A stretch of 64,000 nt of DNA from Hormiphora californensis. Its lineage: Eukaryota > Animalia > Ctenophora. This document shows, piece by piece, positions 34,099 through 46,326 of the stretch; the stretch's first letter is position 1, and every line of letters begins with the position of its first letter. A program made the position numbers and the translations under genes. Location of the stretch: the NCBI GenBank assembly GCA_020137815.1, contig CM035359.1, positions 6,014,001-6,078,000 of the forward strand, in the 5' to 3' direction. Under the pieces are notes generated by a model. The model searched no databases. It was not told where the DNA came from and saw only the letters and a list, made by a program, of their open reading frames with translations.

Positions 34099-35341
34099 TC
34101 TTTGATATTCATGATATGTGCGTACATAAGAAAGCTAAAGGGAGCACTAAGACACTGTCAGCAGTAGTGTGTATGCCTGTAAAACACAGTCATCTAGTTA
34201 TTTATACAGTCATCTAGTTATGCATAACAGTGTACACAGTCATCTAGTTGTACACAAAATCCAGGTTGCAGCAGATGGTGGACAATATGAAACCTGATCG
34301 GGATACATTGACCGCCCAAAAGAGAACTGCAAGATGACTGATGAGAGGAGAGAGGGAGAGACTAGAGAGGGAGAGATAATATAGATATCATCTTCCCAGT
34401 CTAATGACCCGAGCTAAGAGCGTGTGTGTGTGTATCATGGTAGATATGCCACTATACATATATACATACGTATATCCACAGCAGCTGCAGCAGCTGGTAC
34501 CCCTCTCTATCATGTCTCCCTGATCATTGATCCTCCTCTCTTTGTGTGTATAATGAAGGTCAGTCACTCTCCCCTCTCTCTAAAATATGTGTATGTAGGT
34601 AGTTGTCATAGTAACATCAATTCTAGCTAATGTAGACTGACCAATGGGTATATAGAAAGACAGGAGAATCCGTGTGTGATCTTTCGAACAAGCCCAGCTG
34701 GGAGCAGGAGTGAATTAGAAAATTCTAACAAAATTATGCGATTTTAGTTTAAGATTTTATCTCTGAATATTTGCACATAAATACTGATACTCCTTGATTT
34801 ATGCACTAAACTGTTTATTGCATATTAATCTTCGTGTCCTTGAGAGAGTCCCGGATAAAGAGATACTACTGGGTATTGAATGCTATTGGGGCTCGATACC
34901 AAGAACTCTCACATCTCTTCAACAGAATGATAGTGCGTGGAGAAATGCAGCAATGCAATACATTCATCACTTAGAGCTGAGCAAAAATAAGACTCAAGTT
35001 CAGTTAAATGAGATGAAAGGGAGCTTGCAAGACACACACATGTCTCTAACTACCTGTTAAAATGGTTTAACGATCCGTTATCCGGCCTGGAGTTACCTTT
35101 TATAGTGGCAACAACGCAGCGATCACTTTTTTATTGATTTAATCTCTATTCCTCTCTCCCTCTCTCTTCCTTACCCAACGTGCTTGTCGCTGACAAGATA
35201 TATATTGATAACACTGAGCTGAATACCTAACTTTTCTTTCTTCCTCTTATCAAACAGTGGGGCGACCATGTAGATACCTTCCCGTGAGAACTATTATACA
35301 ATACCTAATAACAATAATATAATATCTCTATACTCTCTATA

Positions 35342-36905
35342 CAGGGTGTCCCATATATTCTCCGGGTCGGTTGGCGAGCTGTCATGCAAAAACGGTGATA
35401 GTTGTGTGAAAACAAACTGCAGGAGTGTGCTGGATTAATTCCTTCCTAACTGATGGCTTTGTTTTAAAATTCAATTTCAAAATTTCATTTTTCATGAATG
35501 AACATTGCTGCCGTTCATTCATGAATTCTGAAATATTGTTTACCTTGAGTAAGTAACTTTTCTTTGGCTCGCAATTATCTTTCCAATGAGCACCATAAAA
35601 CTCAAATTGAAGCACCAGGTCACATGACAGTTGAGAAAATGAACATGCATGATTTTGGCTCTTTTTGCGACTTTCAATCGGCTGTATCACCGCTACCTTA
35701 TCTTCAATCTTTTTGAAACTTTGGGAGAACATTGGATAAGCAAAGATCTTTGCTCACAAGAAAAATCAAGGTCAAAACTCAAAGTTCATTTTTAAGTTTT
35801 GGTAGTTCATTCCACTCATTTAGGAACGAGCATCCCTAAAGTGATGAAAAGTGTTGGATTTTGTTTGGCCCATGTCCTGCAATGACAGAGAGGTGTAGTG
35901 ACGTGTTTCAGATCTAGTTAGTGGGTGTCATGTGATCATGGTGATATCTGACACCTTCGTTGAGTAATAATTAAGGGATTTTCTCGAATTCAAGCATGTG
36001 ATTTGGGTTTTCTGCGATTGGTATCGTGCAGCAATGTTAAGAGATCTCATAGCCCCTCGAAAATGATGGTTAGTTCAATGAAATGAGTTGATTTGTTATC
36101 GAAAATGGTCGTTGAGTTCAATGTGGCATCGGTTTTAATCTTATTGAGCATAAATCAACTCAATTCATTGAACTTTTCATCATTTTTGAGGTGCTATGAG
36201 ATCTCTTAAGATTGCTGCACAATACCAATCGCAGAAGACCCGAATCACATGCTTTAATTTGAGAAAACCTCTTAATTATTGCTCAACGAAGGTGTCAGAT
36301 ATCGTCATGATCACATGGCACCCACTAACTAGCTCGGAAACACGTTACTACACCTCTCTGTCATTGCAGGACATGGACCAAACAAAATCCAACCCTTTTC
36401 ATCACTTTAGGGTTGTTGGTTCCTGAATGAGTGGAATGAACTACCAAAACTTAAAAATGAACTTTTAGTTTTAACCTTGATTTTTCTTGTGAGCAAAGAT
36501 CTTTGCTTATCCAATGTTCACCCAAAGTTTCAAAAAGATTGAAGATAAGGTAGCGGTGATACAGCCGATTGAAAGTCGCAAAAAGAGCCAAAATCATGCA
36601 TGTTCATTTTCTCAACTGTCATGTGACCTGGTGCTTCAATTTGAGTTTTATGGTGCTCATTGGAAAGATAATTGCGAGCCAAAGAAAAGTTACTTATTCA
36701 AGGTAAACAATATTTCAGAATTCATGAATGAACGGCAGCAATGTTCATTCATAAAAAAATGAACTTTTGAAATTTAATTTTAAAACAAAGCCATCAGTTA
36801 GGAAGGAATTAATCCAGCACACTCCCGCAGTTTGTTTTCACACAACTATCACCGTTTTTGCGTGACAGCTCGCCAACCGACCCGGAGAATATATGGGACA
36901 CCCTG
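35342..36905. mobile_element. Tc1/mariner-type foldback MITE
   Basis: TA|CAGGGTGTCCC...GGGACACCCTG|TA, inverted arms of about 720 bp. Confidence 0.9.
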
Positions 36906-38710
36906 TAGTATAGAGTCTATACTCTAGTGAGTGGTGTATCTTTACCGTCTAGTTGGTAGTTGTGGATGTTATTATAAAAGTGAGGGGGTGCACACTGCAC
37001 AATGAACACACTCACCTGGTGGATCCATTTTGCCTTGCTCAACCCTCTCTCAGTGAGAATCTCAATGCACGAAGGAGGGTTAGATACAAAAAAGAGGAAC
37101 ATAACAAGATCAAATCCTTACCTGCACACACACACACACACACACTTCAAGCCTATAGTTGTGAATATTATAATGAGGAAGGACAAAGAGGGGGAGAAGC
37201 TACGAAGGGAACCGGGACAAAAGAATGTGAACATTCTCAGCCCCTCTATCTATACCTTTGTACATTTTCACAACCAACACAAGATACTAATAAGTTTAGC
37301 ACGGGGAGGTCTCAAAAAAAAGAAGAAAAAAGATACTAATATGTACCTACCAGCGACCCTACTACCTGGATGTATCGAGCCCTTCTTTGACTATCACAAC
37401 AATATCACAACAATATCATCATATCAAACAAAGGGGTCGAACGAAATCCCCTCCAGTAGCAGGAGAAATGAAGAAAGCGAGATTAAATCACTGAACACTC
37501 ACACACTCGACCTAAGGAAGAGGATGAAGGGCGGGAACCGAAATCCAATACCACTTCACACGGTCTCTCTCTCCCTAGCTAGCTATATTTAGGCATGAGA
37601 ACACTCGAGTAACCAGCCCTCACAACCACTGAAATATCATTAGGCTTGATGACGTCATATCTGTGTCATAATAAGCATTCAGTCAACCTCGACTAATGAT
37701 TTATTCAACATTGTTACAGGACACCCGACACAGGTGGCAAGGTTACAAGTTGTAATTATTGTAACAAGTTGCTATCATTGTTAACCTAGGACGTGGTCAT
37801 CAGCTGATAATATTGAAAAAACAAGAAGAACAGCTTCCTAGAGCATATAGAGAGATGGAATGTTTATGAATGACCAAATCCTAGAATAATCCTACACTCT
37901 CACTCATTCTCTCACTTGCCCTCTCTCTACCCTTCTCGCTCCTACCTCATGGGTGTAAACCAACAATGAGATCATACCTGGATTGCCATACTGTCCAACA
38001 CTGTCGGGTCGCATTGCAATTTAAAGAAAACAAGTGGTAGTCTTCTTCTTGCAGATACACAGCCTCTGTATAAAAGTGTACAGAAACACACGCCACATAG
38101 GATACAATTGAAACTCTTCCATAGTTGATGGTCGGTCGACGGTCCACTACAAGAAAGTGTCAAAGGTGAGTAATTGGTAGTCAATCGATGTTTTTTCGTG
38201 AGGGAGTCAGTGAGTTATCACCTATCGGTTGTACAATGTACACGGACCACTGGCAATCCCATGTATTCGCAGTGATGGACTTTATACGAGTGTGTTTTGG
38301 AGAATAGACTCTAGAGTTTCTAAGTTGGGCAGCTCTTAATTTTATATCTTCTCTATCCTAGTTACCTTAAAATTACTTTACTTTAAATTAGAACCTAAAT
38401 ACTTACGTCTAGTACAGTTATCTATCTTACAGCTTACTATAATTAGCTTAACGTTTTTATCGTACATTAAATTTTAAACCCAACCGCATTAATTAACTTA
38501 TTCTGACTGGCCATTGCACTGGTCTCCTGCCTTTTTATTTTTTACCGCTCCAATTAATTAATTTATTAACAGCTTTGTATTTAACCTATCTGACTGACCT
38601 CTGGTCTCTTGCTTTTTATTTTTCTACCTCGTTATTCATTAATTTATTACCAGCTTCTTTAGAATTTTCCATAGGCCATTTATTAGATCATAACCTTATA
38701 TAGCAATTAA

Positions 38711-40099
38711 GGGTACGCTAACCAAAATTTTTTTTCGAGTGCAGGGAAATCTCTCACCGTAGGGTTGTAGGCCATGCCAAGGAGACCTCAAATATGCAAT
38801 TTGAGCTCTCAAGTCGAATTCATATTTTTGCTACAGCTGCTTGAAAAATGAACTGAAAATAAGTTTTTGGCATCTCAAAAAATTTTTTTAAAGATAGGAG
38901 CATGAAAATTTTGGGATTTGAAGAGGACATGAAGGTGAATAACCACGAAAAAATTTTTTGCAATCCGAGCTGATTTCTGGTCCTGAGATGGATTTCTTTT
39001 TTTCCACTTTAACGCCCTATTTGGCAAAGTTCCGAAAACATGTGAAAGCTGTAAATTGGTGAAAAGTTGCGTCTAACGATTATCTAAGTGGCCATAAATT
39101 TTGGGCGTGTCCTTATTTGAGATAAGCTGTACAGAGTTTTTTTTGTGAAAGCCGTCATTTCAGAAATAAATAAATTCCCTGTATCTCAAAAACGGTTGAT
39201 CGTAGAGACCTGGGACTATGCTTAAACGATTCAGAAGGTCCGATTTTGGGGGGGTCTTCTGAGAGACATTTTGCTCCTACTTCAACCGTTTTTGCTGTAA
39301 TTGCGAAAAACAAATTCTATGAAAAGGGCAAAAGCTAAACTCCAATATCCTGTAATTAGGGAATTTTAGCTAAGAAAGGACCGAAACTATGGAAAAATGT
39401 GTAACAAGCTAATTCCTTCACTATTTGGTCCATATGGGTCCCTATCATCACCAAAAACAAAATCACAAAAAACCCACGATGGCGAAGATGGGTTTTTGTT
39501 TTTCGCAATTACAGCAAAAACGGTTGAAGTAGGAGCAAAATGTCTCTCAGAAGACCCCCCCAAAATCGGACCTTCTGAATCGTTTAAGCATAGTCCCAGG
39601 TCTCTACGATCAACCGTTTTTGAGATACAGGGAATTTATTTATTTCTGAAATGACGGCTTTCACAAAAAAAACTCTGTACAGCTTATCTCAAGTAAGGAC
39701 ACGCCCAAAATTTATGGCCACTTAGATAATCGTTAGACGCAACTTTTCACCAATTTACAGCTTTCACATGTTTTCGGAACTTTGCCAAATAGGGCGTTAA
39801 AGTGGAAAAAAAGAAATCCATCTCAGGACCGGAAATCAGCTCGGATTGCAAAAAATTTTTTTGTGGTTATTCACCTTCATGTCCTCTTCAAATCCCCAAA
39901 TTTTTATGATCCTATCTTTACAAATGTATTTTTAAGATGCCAAAAACTTATTTTCAGTTCATTTTTCAAGCAGCTGTAGCAAAAATATGAATTTGACTTG
40001 AGAGCTCAAATTGCATATTTGAGGTCTCCTTGGCATGGCCTACAACCCTACGGTGAGAGATTTCCCTGCACTCGAAAAAAAATTTTGGTTAGCGTACCC
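38711..40099. mobile_element. Kolobok-like non-autonomous element
   Basis: TTAA TSD, GGGTAC...GTACCC termini (purine start, unlike piggyBac CCC), TIRs of about 600 bp. Confidence 0.8.
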
Positions 40100-40952
40100 T
40101 TAATATGGTTAGTGTGTATTACCTTATCGGTTATCCTGTTACAGTTGCTTTATCCATTAACTAATTACTTAGCTATTCGCCTCCTTTTTAGATCACTAGC
40201 CTTTTACTTGAATTAATTATTAAACTATACTACTTACTTAGTATTTACACTATGTACTTATTAATCAACAGTTAATTATCTAACTAGTTAATTATCTAAC
40301 TAGTTAATTATCAATTATCTAACTAGTTAATTTCTCAATTATCTAACTACTTAATCACTCAATGAATTAATTACGCTATTTCTTAATTAGATATTTTATA
40401 ACCCTTATTTTCTACATACTACTTACTATTCAAATTGTCAGTGCTACATCACCTAGCAACTACACCTGCACGTGCAATTATTAGAGCAACTTAGAAACCT
40501 CACTCCCAGTTGCAGTTTTGGGTACCAAGGAGAAATTCAATTCTGCACGTGCATTCTTTTACTTCTGTCCTGATGTCTAGCTCTTCCACCCCAAGCGCTA
40601 TTCGGCAACGGTCATCTGGGTCCGGAAGATCTGCTGCTGTCAGGGAGCAGGCTAGAGAATATGACAGATTACGCCAACGTGTTCAAGCAACGACTACGGA
40701 TAGCTTTACCCAACGTCGCCCAAGGGTGATTACTCCAGTCGAATATAGAAATCTCCGAATCGGGTGCATAGCGGCCAAGTTTTCACGTGATGAATTTCTG
40801 GAACAGCACTGTACCTCCATGACATTGATCTCTTAAATTAGCACCTTGACATTGTCAGGAAGCCCAGAGCGTACAACAACATGGGTAGGGAGAAAGTGAG
40901 AGATAGGCTAGGAACGGATGGTGCAGGTGATGTCAGCGTTCCCTAATCCAGC

Positions 40953-40997
40953 TACCATTTCCCCGAAATTCGCCCGTAGGGCGAACGGGCCTACTAG
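40953..40997 (+). mobile_element. Helitron-like 3' end
   Basis: TTCGCCCGTAGGGCGAA hairpin, then CTAG|T; matches 27796-27840. Confidence 0.65.
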
Positions 40998-41976
40998 TAC
41001 ATTTATATATATATTATATCGAATGACTGCCGACGGTTTTTTAAGGCCTTTAGGATCTTATAATCCTATAAGAGCCGCTTTAGAAGGCTTGTTAGTGGTG
41101 GGTGCGTTGCTTCAATCGACTGATTGAAACGGCGTCCTCCTAGCACTAACAATGCATAGGCCCAAAAGCGGGATATAAATTATAATTGTATTTGTATTTG
41201 TATTTAAGCTTTTTTAAAGCGGACACCTCGTAATAGGTTGTGGTGCACCCTCAAACTTGATCTTAGTGAATGCGTCCCCCAAGGTCTGAGATCAAGTTTT
41301 TTTGGTGTCCTACCACCGGAAAATGTTAAAATCTGGGTGCCTTTCAATTTTCATTGCTAACAATTCGTGGTTTTAGCGCGCGCGACGGGTTAGGGCTATC
41401 CGTTAGGGTCTGGTTAGGGTTTGGTTTGGGGTTATCGGTAAGGGCTATCGATTTTCTATCAGTTACCGTTTAGTTTACTCAAATTGGCCATGTGGTTGCG
41501 TGACTATAGCCCTGCAAAGTGCAAGGGAACCCTGAAATTTTCAAAGAGCTCAAAATTCAAAATTGATCAAAAAGTGAAAAAAGAGAGAACTTCCAGAATT
41601 GAGTTGGCTGACCATTTTAATATTCAGCGCTGCATTCACAGTAACGCGCGAATACTGCAATAATTACATGGTGCGCGCAGCAGTATAAAAATGAAATTGA
41701 AAATGACTTTTCAAAATCAAAACGCAAAATTCCAGAATATCAAATTTACTTTTTTGTTTCGACTATTTTTTAGAGATTTCGAATTTAAAAGCTGAATAGC
41801 AGTGCTGTAATTATGAATTAGTGACGAAACGTTGCTGTTAGTTGGTAGAGATCACTTGTAGCAGCTAAAACAATGCATCCGGCAACTTTCATCAACTACA
41901 ACGTAAAACTATTTATTGAGCAGGAAGATGAATCCGATGTAACAGCCCCGAAGGGCAGAAAAACGAAACGTTGATA

Positions 41977-42933
41977 ATGTCGGAAGCGAAGTACGAGGGC
42001 GATAAACCTATGATAAAACGATTAGAAGAGACGGTGGATGACTTTGTTTCTGAAGTTTACCTGTTGAATTCGGACAACACGACGAGCATCACACCAGATG
42101 AGTTTACGCAATGTTATAGATCGATTCAAGCTGCACCCGATTCAATGTTAACCAACGACAGCTTAGCTTCGCCTAGCAAGCACTGGGGTTCGTACTTTAG
42201 ACATTGTCTCAAGGACCGAACTACGAGTGAAATAATCGAGGCTACCTCGCGTATTTTTCTCTCCAGTATGAAACTTGCCCGAGCAACAATTAACAATTTT
42301 GAAACGGTTATCAGTGTGGAAAACCTCGAGAAACAGCTGCGTGAATGTAAAGAAGAACTTGACCGCCATCGGGTTAACGTAATCGAGCTTCAGCAAACGG
42401 TTATCAACCACCAGAAGCAACAACTCAGTACAGTGACAGCATCGGTGCAGAAGGTGAAAGCCTACTCTACTGTGCTAGCACAGAATTGTGCTGCAACCTC
42501 CCCCAAAGTGGGAAAACCACTACCAGTGAATCATCCTACTCCCGTCCAACAGCCCGGAAGAGAGAAGAACATGGTTGTGTTTGGTCTCCCAGAAACAACC
42601 GATAGAGTAGCTAAAACTACTTTAGACGAACTTTTTGAGGAATTAAATGAGAAACCGAAAGTGACTACGATGAAACGCATCGGCGAAAGAAATGAGAAGC
42701 GCCCTAGACCGCTCTTAGTATCCCTGGAGAAGAGAGCGACTCTCCTCGCACTCCTCAGAAAGGCACGAAACCTCAAAGACTCCAAACAGTTTTCGGCTGT
42801 TTATCTCTCTCCGGATCTTACGCCCTCTGAACTGAAAGAGCAAAAGGCTCTAAGGTCCACTTTGAAGCGGATACGATCAGAAGATCCTGACGGCTGCTAC
42901 TTCATCCGTAATAATCTTATCCAAGTGGGATAG
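41977..42933 (+). mobile_element. CR1/L2-type LINE ORF1 (coiled coil + RRM-like C-terminal part); ORF2 reduced to a stub
   Basis: REKNMVVFGLPE..RIG..RPRPLLV..ARNLK..VYLSPDLT..E is the typical ORF1 pattern; downstream SCLYTNC...YKL (43015-43056) then an (ATT)n tail. Confidence 0.8.
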
Positions 42934-43514
42934 TTCCCCACTAACTCACCGTTATCAGAGAACCGTGCTAGGAGCAGGCAGTCTACTGCAGTCCCTTTCA
43001 AATTAAGGAAAACGAGTTGTCTGTATACAAACTGTGTCAGTGCGGGATATAAACTGTCATTTTTATTATTTATTATTATTAAAAATTTAAAATTGTGCAC
43101 AATATTGTGGTCCCTAATATTTTATGTTCCCGCCCTAACATGTCATTTGCCTTTCTTGGGAAGCGTTTTAAAATTAGATTATGACAATCGGAGAAAATTC
43201 AGCTTTCAGTAATAAAGAGGCCTCTCAAAGAATTAAAAAAAAAAAAGTAAAACGAATGAACTTCGATTTTTTATAGTATTCAAATTACATAATTCCATTT
43301 TAGACATATGACACCCAGTTTACGTATAAGATGATGCGATAGATCCAATCAAAGGTAAGCCAGTCTTAATTTTATCGTCAATGACTTTTTTGCTGAGCTT
43401 GCACTGCGACTGACCCACCACCATCCCTTTATTTCCTTGTCTCCTTTATCGTTTGATATTTTGTGTGTTTTTGTGTGTAGACACTGTCTGTCTGGCTGAT
43501 AATGTCACCTTCAA

Positions 43515-45629
43515 ATGGTTAAAGTTACGGTTACCCTCCGGGATTTGGACACTCAGGACCTCATCTCAAAATGCTGTTCCATCCCTGCAATTCCCGAGGG
43601 TGATGTATCCTTGCTGGCATTTGTCCAGGATAACGTTGCTGAAATTCCTGAGTTAGAGGGATATGCCTCCTCAGAGGTTGTCATGGTAGATTTAGAGGAG
43701 AGAAAGGGAGGTGAGAGGAGGGTGAGTACTCTCGATAAAAGAAGGAATGATAGCCCGGAAAAGGGAGATAGACGGAGAAAGAATTCTGAGGGTGGGAGGA
43801 GAAGTCCGGATCGCCGTGCAAAATCTCCTGGAGTTGAGCGGCCAAAGTTCCATTTTCACAGCCAAACATCAGAGGAAAAGAAAAGGAAGAAATCAAGTAC
43901 TATGGAGCGGAGGGAAAAAGATCAAAAAGTTGACTCAGATCTACAACCAGTAGCTGAGCAGCCTGAAATATTTCGATCTACAAAAACATCAAGATTTGTC
44001 GAAAGGCCTGAACCTGTGAGATCTAGTAAACCTCAGAAGTTCGTGACAAAGCAACTGACACCTCCTAAAGATTTCGACAAATCAGCAAAAAAGAAGAAAA
44101 AGAAGAAACGTAAAAAGAAATATTCATCTTCCTCGTCCTCCTCAACGTATTCTTACTCTTCTGACGAGGGAAAGAGAAAGCATTACGAAGACAGAGGTCC
44201 AAGTAACCGTCCTCCACCGCCACCAAGACCACCTCGTGCAGATCATAGTCATCATACTTACGAAAACCATCCACCGCCACCCGCAAAGTTATCGGCGGAA
44301 ATTGTGACTGATCCAATTGTGGTGGAGTCTCCGATATTCAAACGTAAAAGTTTGGATCTTATTGTCCCTCCGTCGCCTTCGAATTCTCCTCTTGCCAAAC
44401 GGAAGGAAGTACAAGAAAAGAAACCTGTTGATGTTGTGCCAAGCAAACCAAAGGAGAGTTCCAATCCATTTTTCAAGTTCGGAAACAAGTCAGGTAAAGA
44501 TCCAAAATCGGAAAAATCAAAGGAAACAAAACCAGAAAAATCAAAGGAAACAAAACCAGAAAAATCAAAAGAACCGAAACCATCAAAGTTAAGTAAGGAA
44601 CCAGAAGTTACACGATCAGATCAGGATCAGCCGAAAAGTAAAGAAGGAAAAGATCGTCGTGTGTCCGTTGCGGCGAGTATCTTTGGCGACGTGGTACTAA
44701 AACGCCGGCCGCCTGCCTACCGACAAGTTGAAAAACCAAAAACTCCTCTAGATGAGATTACTACGGGTAGTTTCACGCTCAAGAAGACGGTTGAAGGACC
44801 GGCTATCAACCTGGAGCGTCCGGTCCCTGGGTTAGGTCGGGTGGTAGGTGAGGATTACACACCACCCCCGTCACCTAGGTTACCAACACGCAGGGCATCC
44901 GCTCCACCCTCCATGGCACCTGAACCACCAAACATCCTCCAACAATTGTCCTCTGGTGTAAAGTTGAGGAGTGTCCCTCGACCGGAGGAGAAGCGTATCG
45001 GACTGGGTCGGGTGGTTGAGGGAGATATGCCGGGAATACCGACAGGAGGCTCCAATGGTTACACACGGTTGTTATCTGACATCAAGGAAATGGGAGGAAA
45101 TGTGGAGAGTGTGATTGATAAAGTCCGAGATTCCGTTTCATCTCCCCCACCCACACCACCTCCTGCACCAAAAGCAGCTAATAATGTTAGTAGTAGGAGC
45201 AACAGAAGCTCATTTTCTAGTGGACCAACGCTGCTGGATGAGCTGAAGAACCCAGCAAAACGGCTTCGAAAAGTTACACCACCAAAGATTAAAGTTCATC
45301 TTGTAACTGAGACAGATCACTTGGATGTTCCTCGGCCTAACCCTCCTCCTGGCAAGCAGATCCCGCGAAATCTACCCCTTCCTAAACTCATTAAAACCTC
45401 TGTAACGGTCCTAAACATCCCCCCTGCTAAACTCAATATCTCATCGGACGATGAAGATAACACTCTTCTCCCGCGGTACCTCAGATCTCGCCCTACCAGT
45501 CCCACCAGTCCCCCACCACCAGATTGTTCGATTGCAGCCAAGACATCGGCCATCATGTCTCCCACTCCCCTGGCTGATCCAGCCTTGTTCGTTGATTTTC
45601 ACCAATACGTGGATACTGGACCCATATCG
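43515..45629 (+). CDS. Large Lys/Ser/Pro-rich exon with several WH2-like motifs; probable first coding exon of MRCK
   Basis: ATG 43515 preceded by an in-frame stop; motifs PLDEITTGSFTLKKT, NILQQLSSGVKLRSV, RLLSDIKE, TLLDELKNPAKRLRKV; polyproline tracts; phase-0 donor TCG|GTGAGT at 45629/30. Confidence 0.75.
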
Positions 45630-46251
45630 GTGAGTTATATATTTTTGAGTGGGGTTAGATGTACTTTATGTTTATCTTTCTCTCTCACCCCTTCATTTCC
45701 ATGCACGTCTTCTCAAGTTTTTGGTAAAGGAAGAAATCATTCTGGCTGGGAATACAGGATGAATAGTAATTTAGATAGAAGCTGGGTTTAGGTAAATCGA
45801 GCAAGATTCAAGTTTAGTTTGACTAATTATCCCCCCTCATCCTCCCCTGTAGTTTGATATGCGGGCTCGTTAGTTAATGGCCCCTCGGGGCGGGATGGCT
45901 AATTTTCTACACACTCCTACCTAAATTTGGGTGTCTTAACTTGGTTCAAGAATGGGGAGGGAGTTGTCAGATAGAGAGAGAACTTGCATGATATTTCTAC
46001 ATTTTACGTACCCTAATATTATGTTCGACAGAAACTGTCAAGTGGTGCACTATTAAGTTCTGGGATCCCTCTCGATGATACTAACGCTAAGGAAGACGGT
46101 GGAGTGAGAGGAAGGTAGAAAAAGGGAGAGAGAAAAAGTAATATATATCGAGTTGGAGATGTCATTATGCATGTTTGTTCAGGAGGTATGTTTGTCCGTG
46201 CGTCCGGGGGAGCCAACATTTCCGTGCCTTTCTGCATTGTACTATCTCTCC

Positions 46252-46326
<75 letters not shown>

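Noticed and set aside
35382-36762. Duplicated 116/82-aa ORFs as genes
   Set aside because: Mirror images within the TIRs of a MITE, with no transposase motifs.
40510-40836. 108-aa ORF near the Helitron end
   Set aside because: No recognisable Rep/helicase motif or splice context.
41386-41445. Telomeric repeat
   Set aside because: Only scattered TTAGGG hexamers, not a tandem array.
45630-45791. C-terminus of the 758-aa ORF
   Set aside because: Reads through a consensus GTGAGT donor into intron-like sequence.
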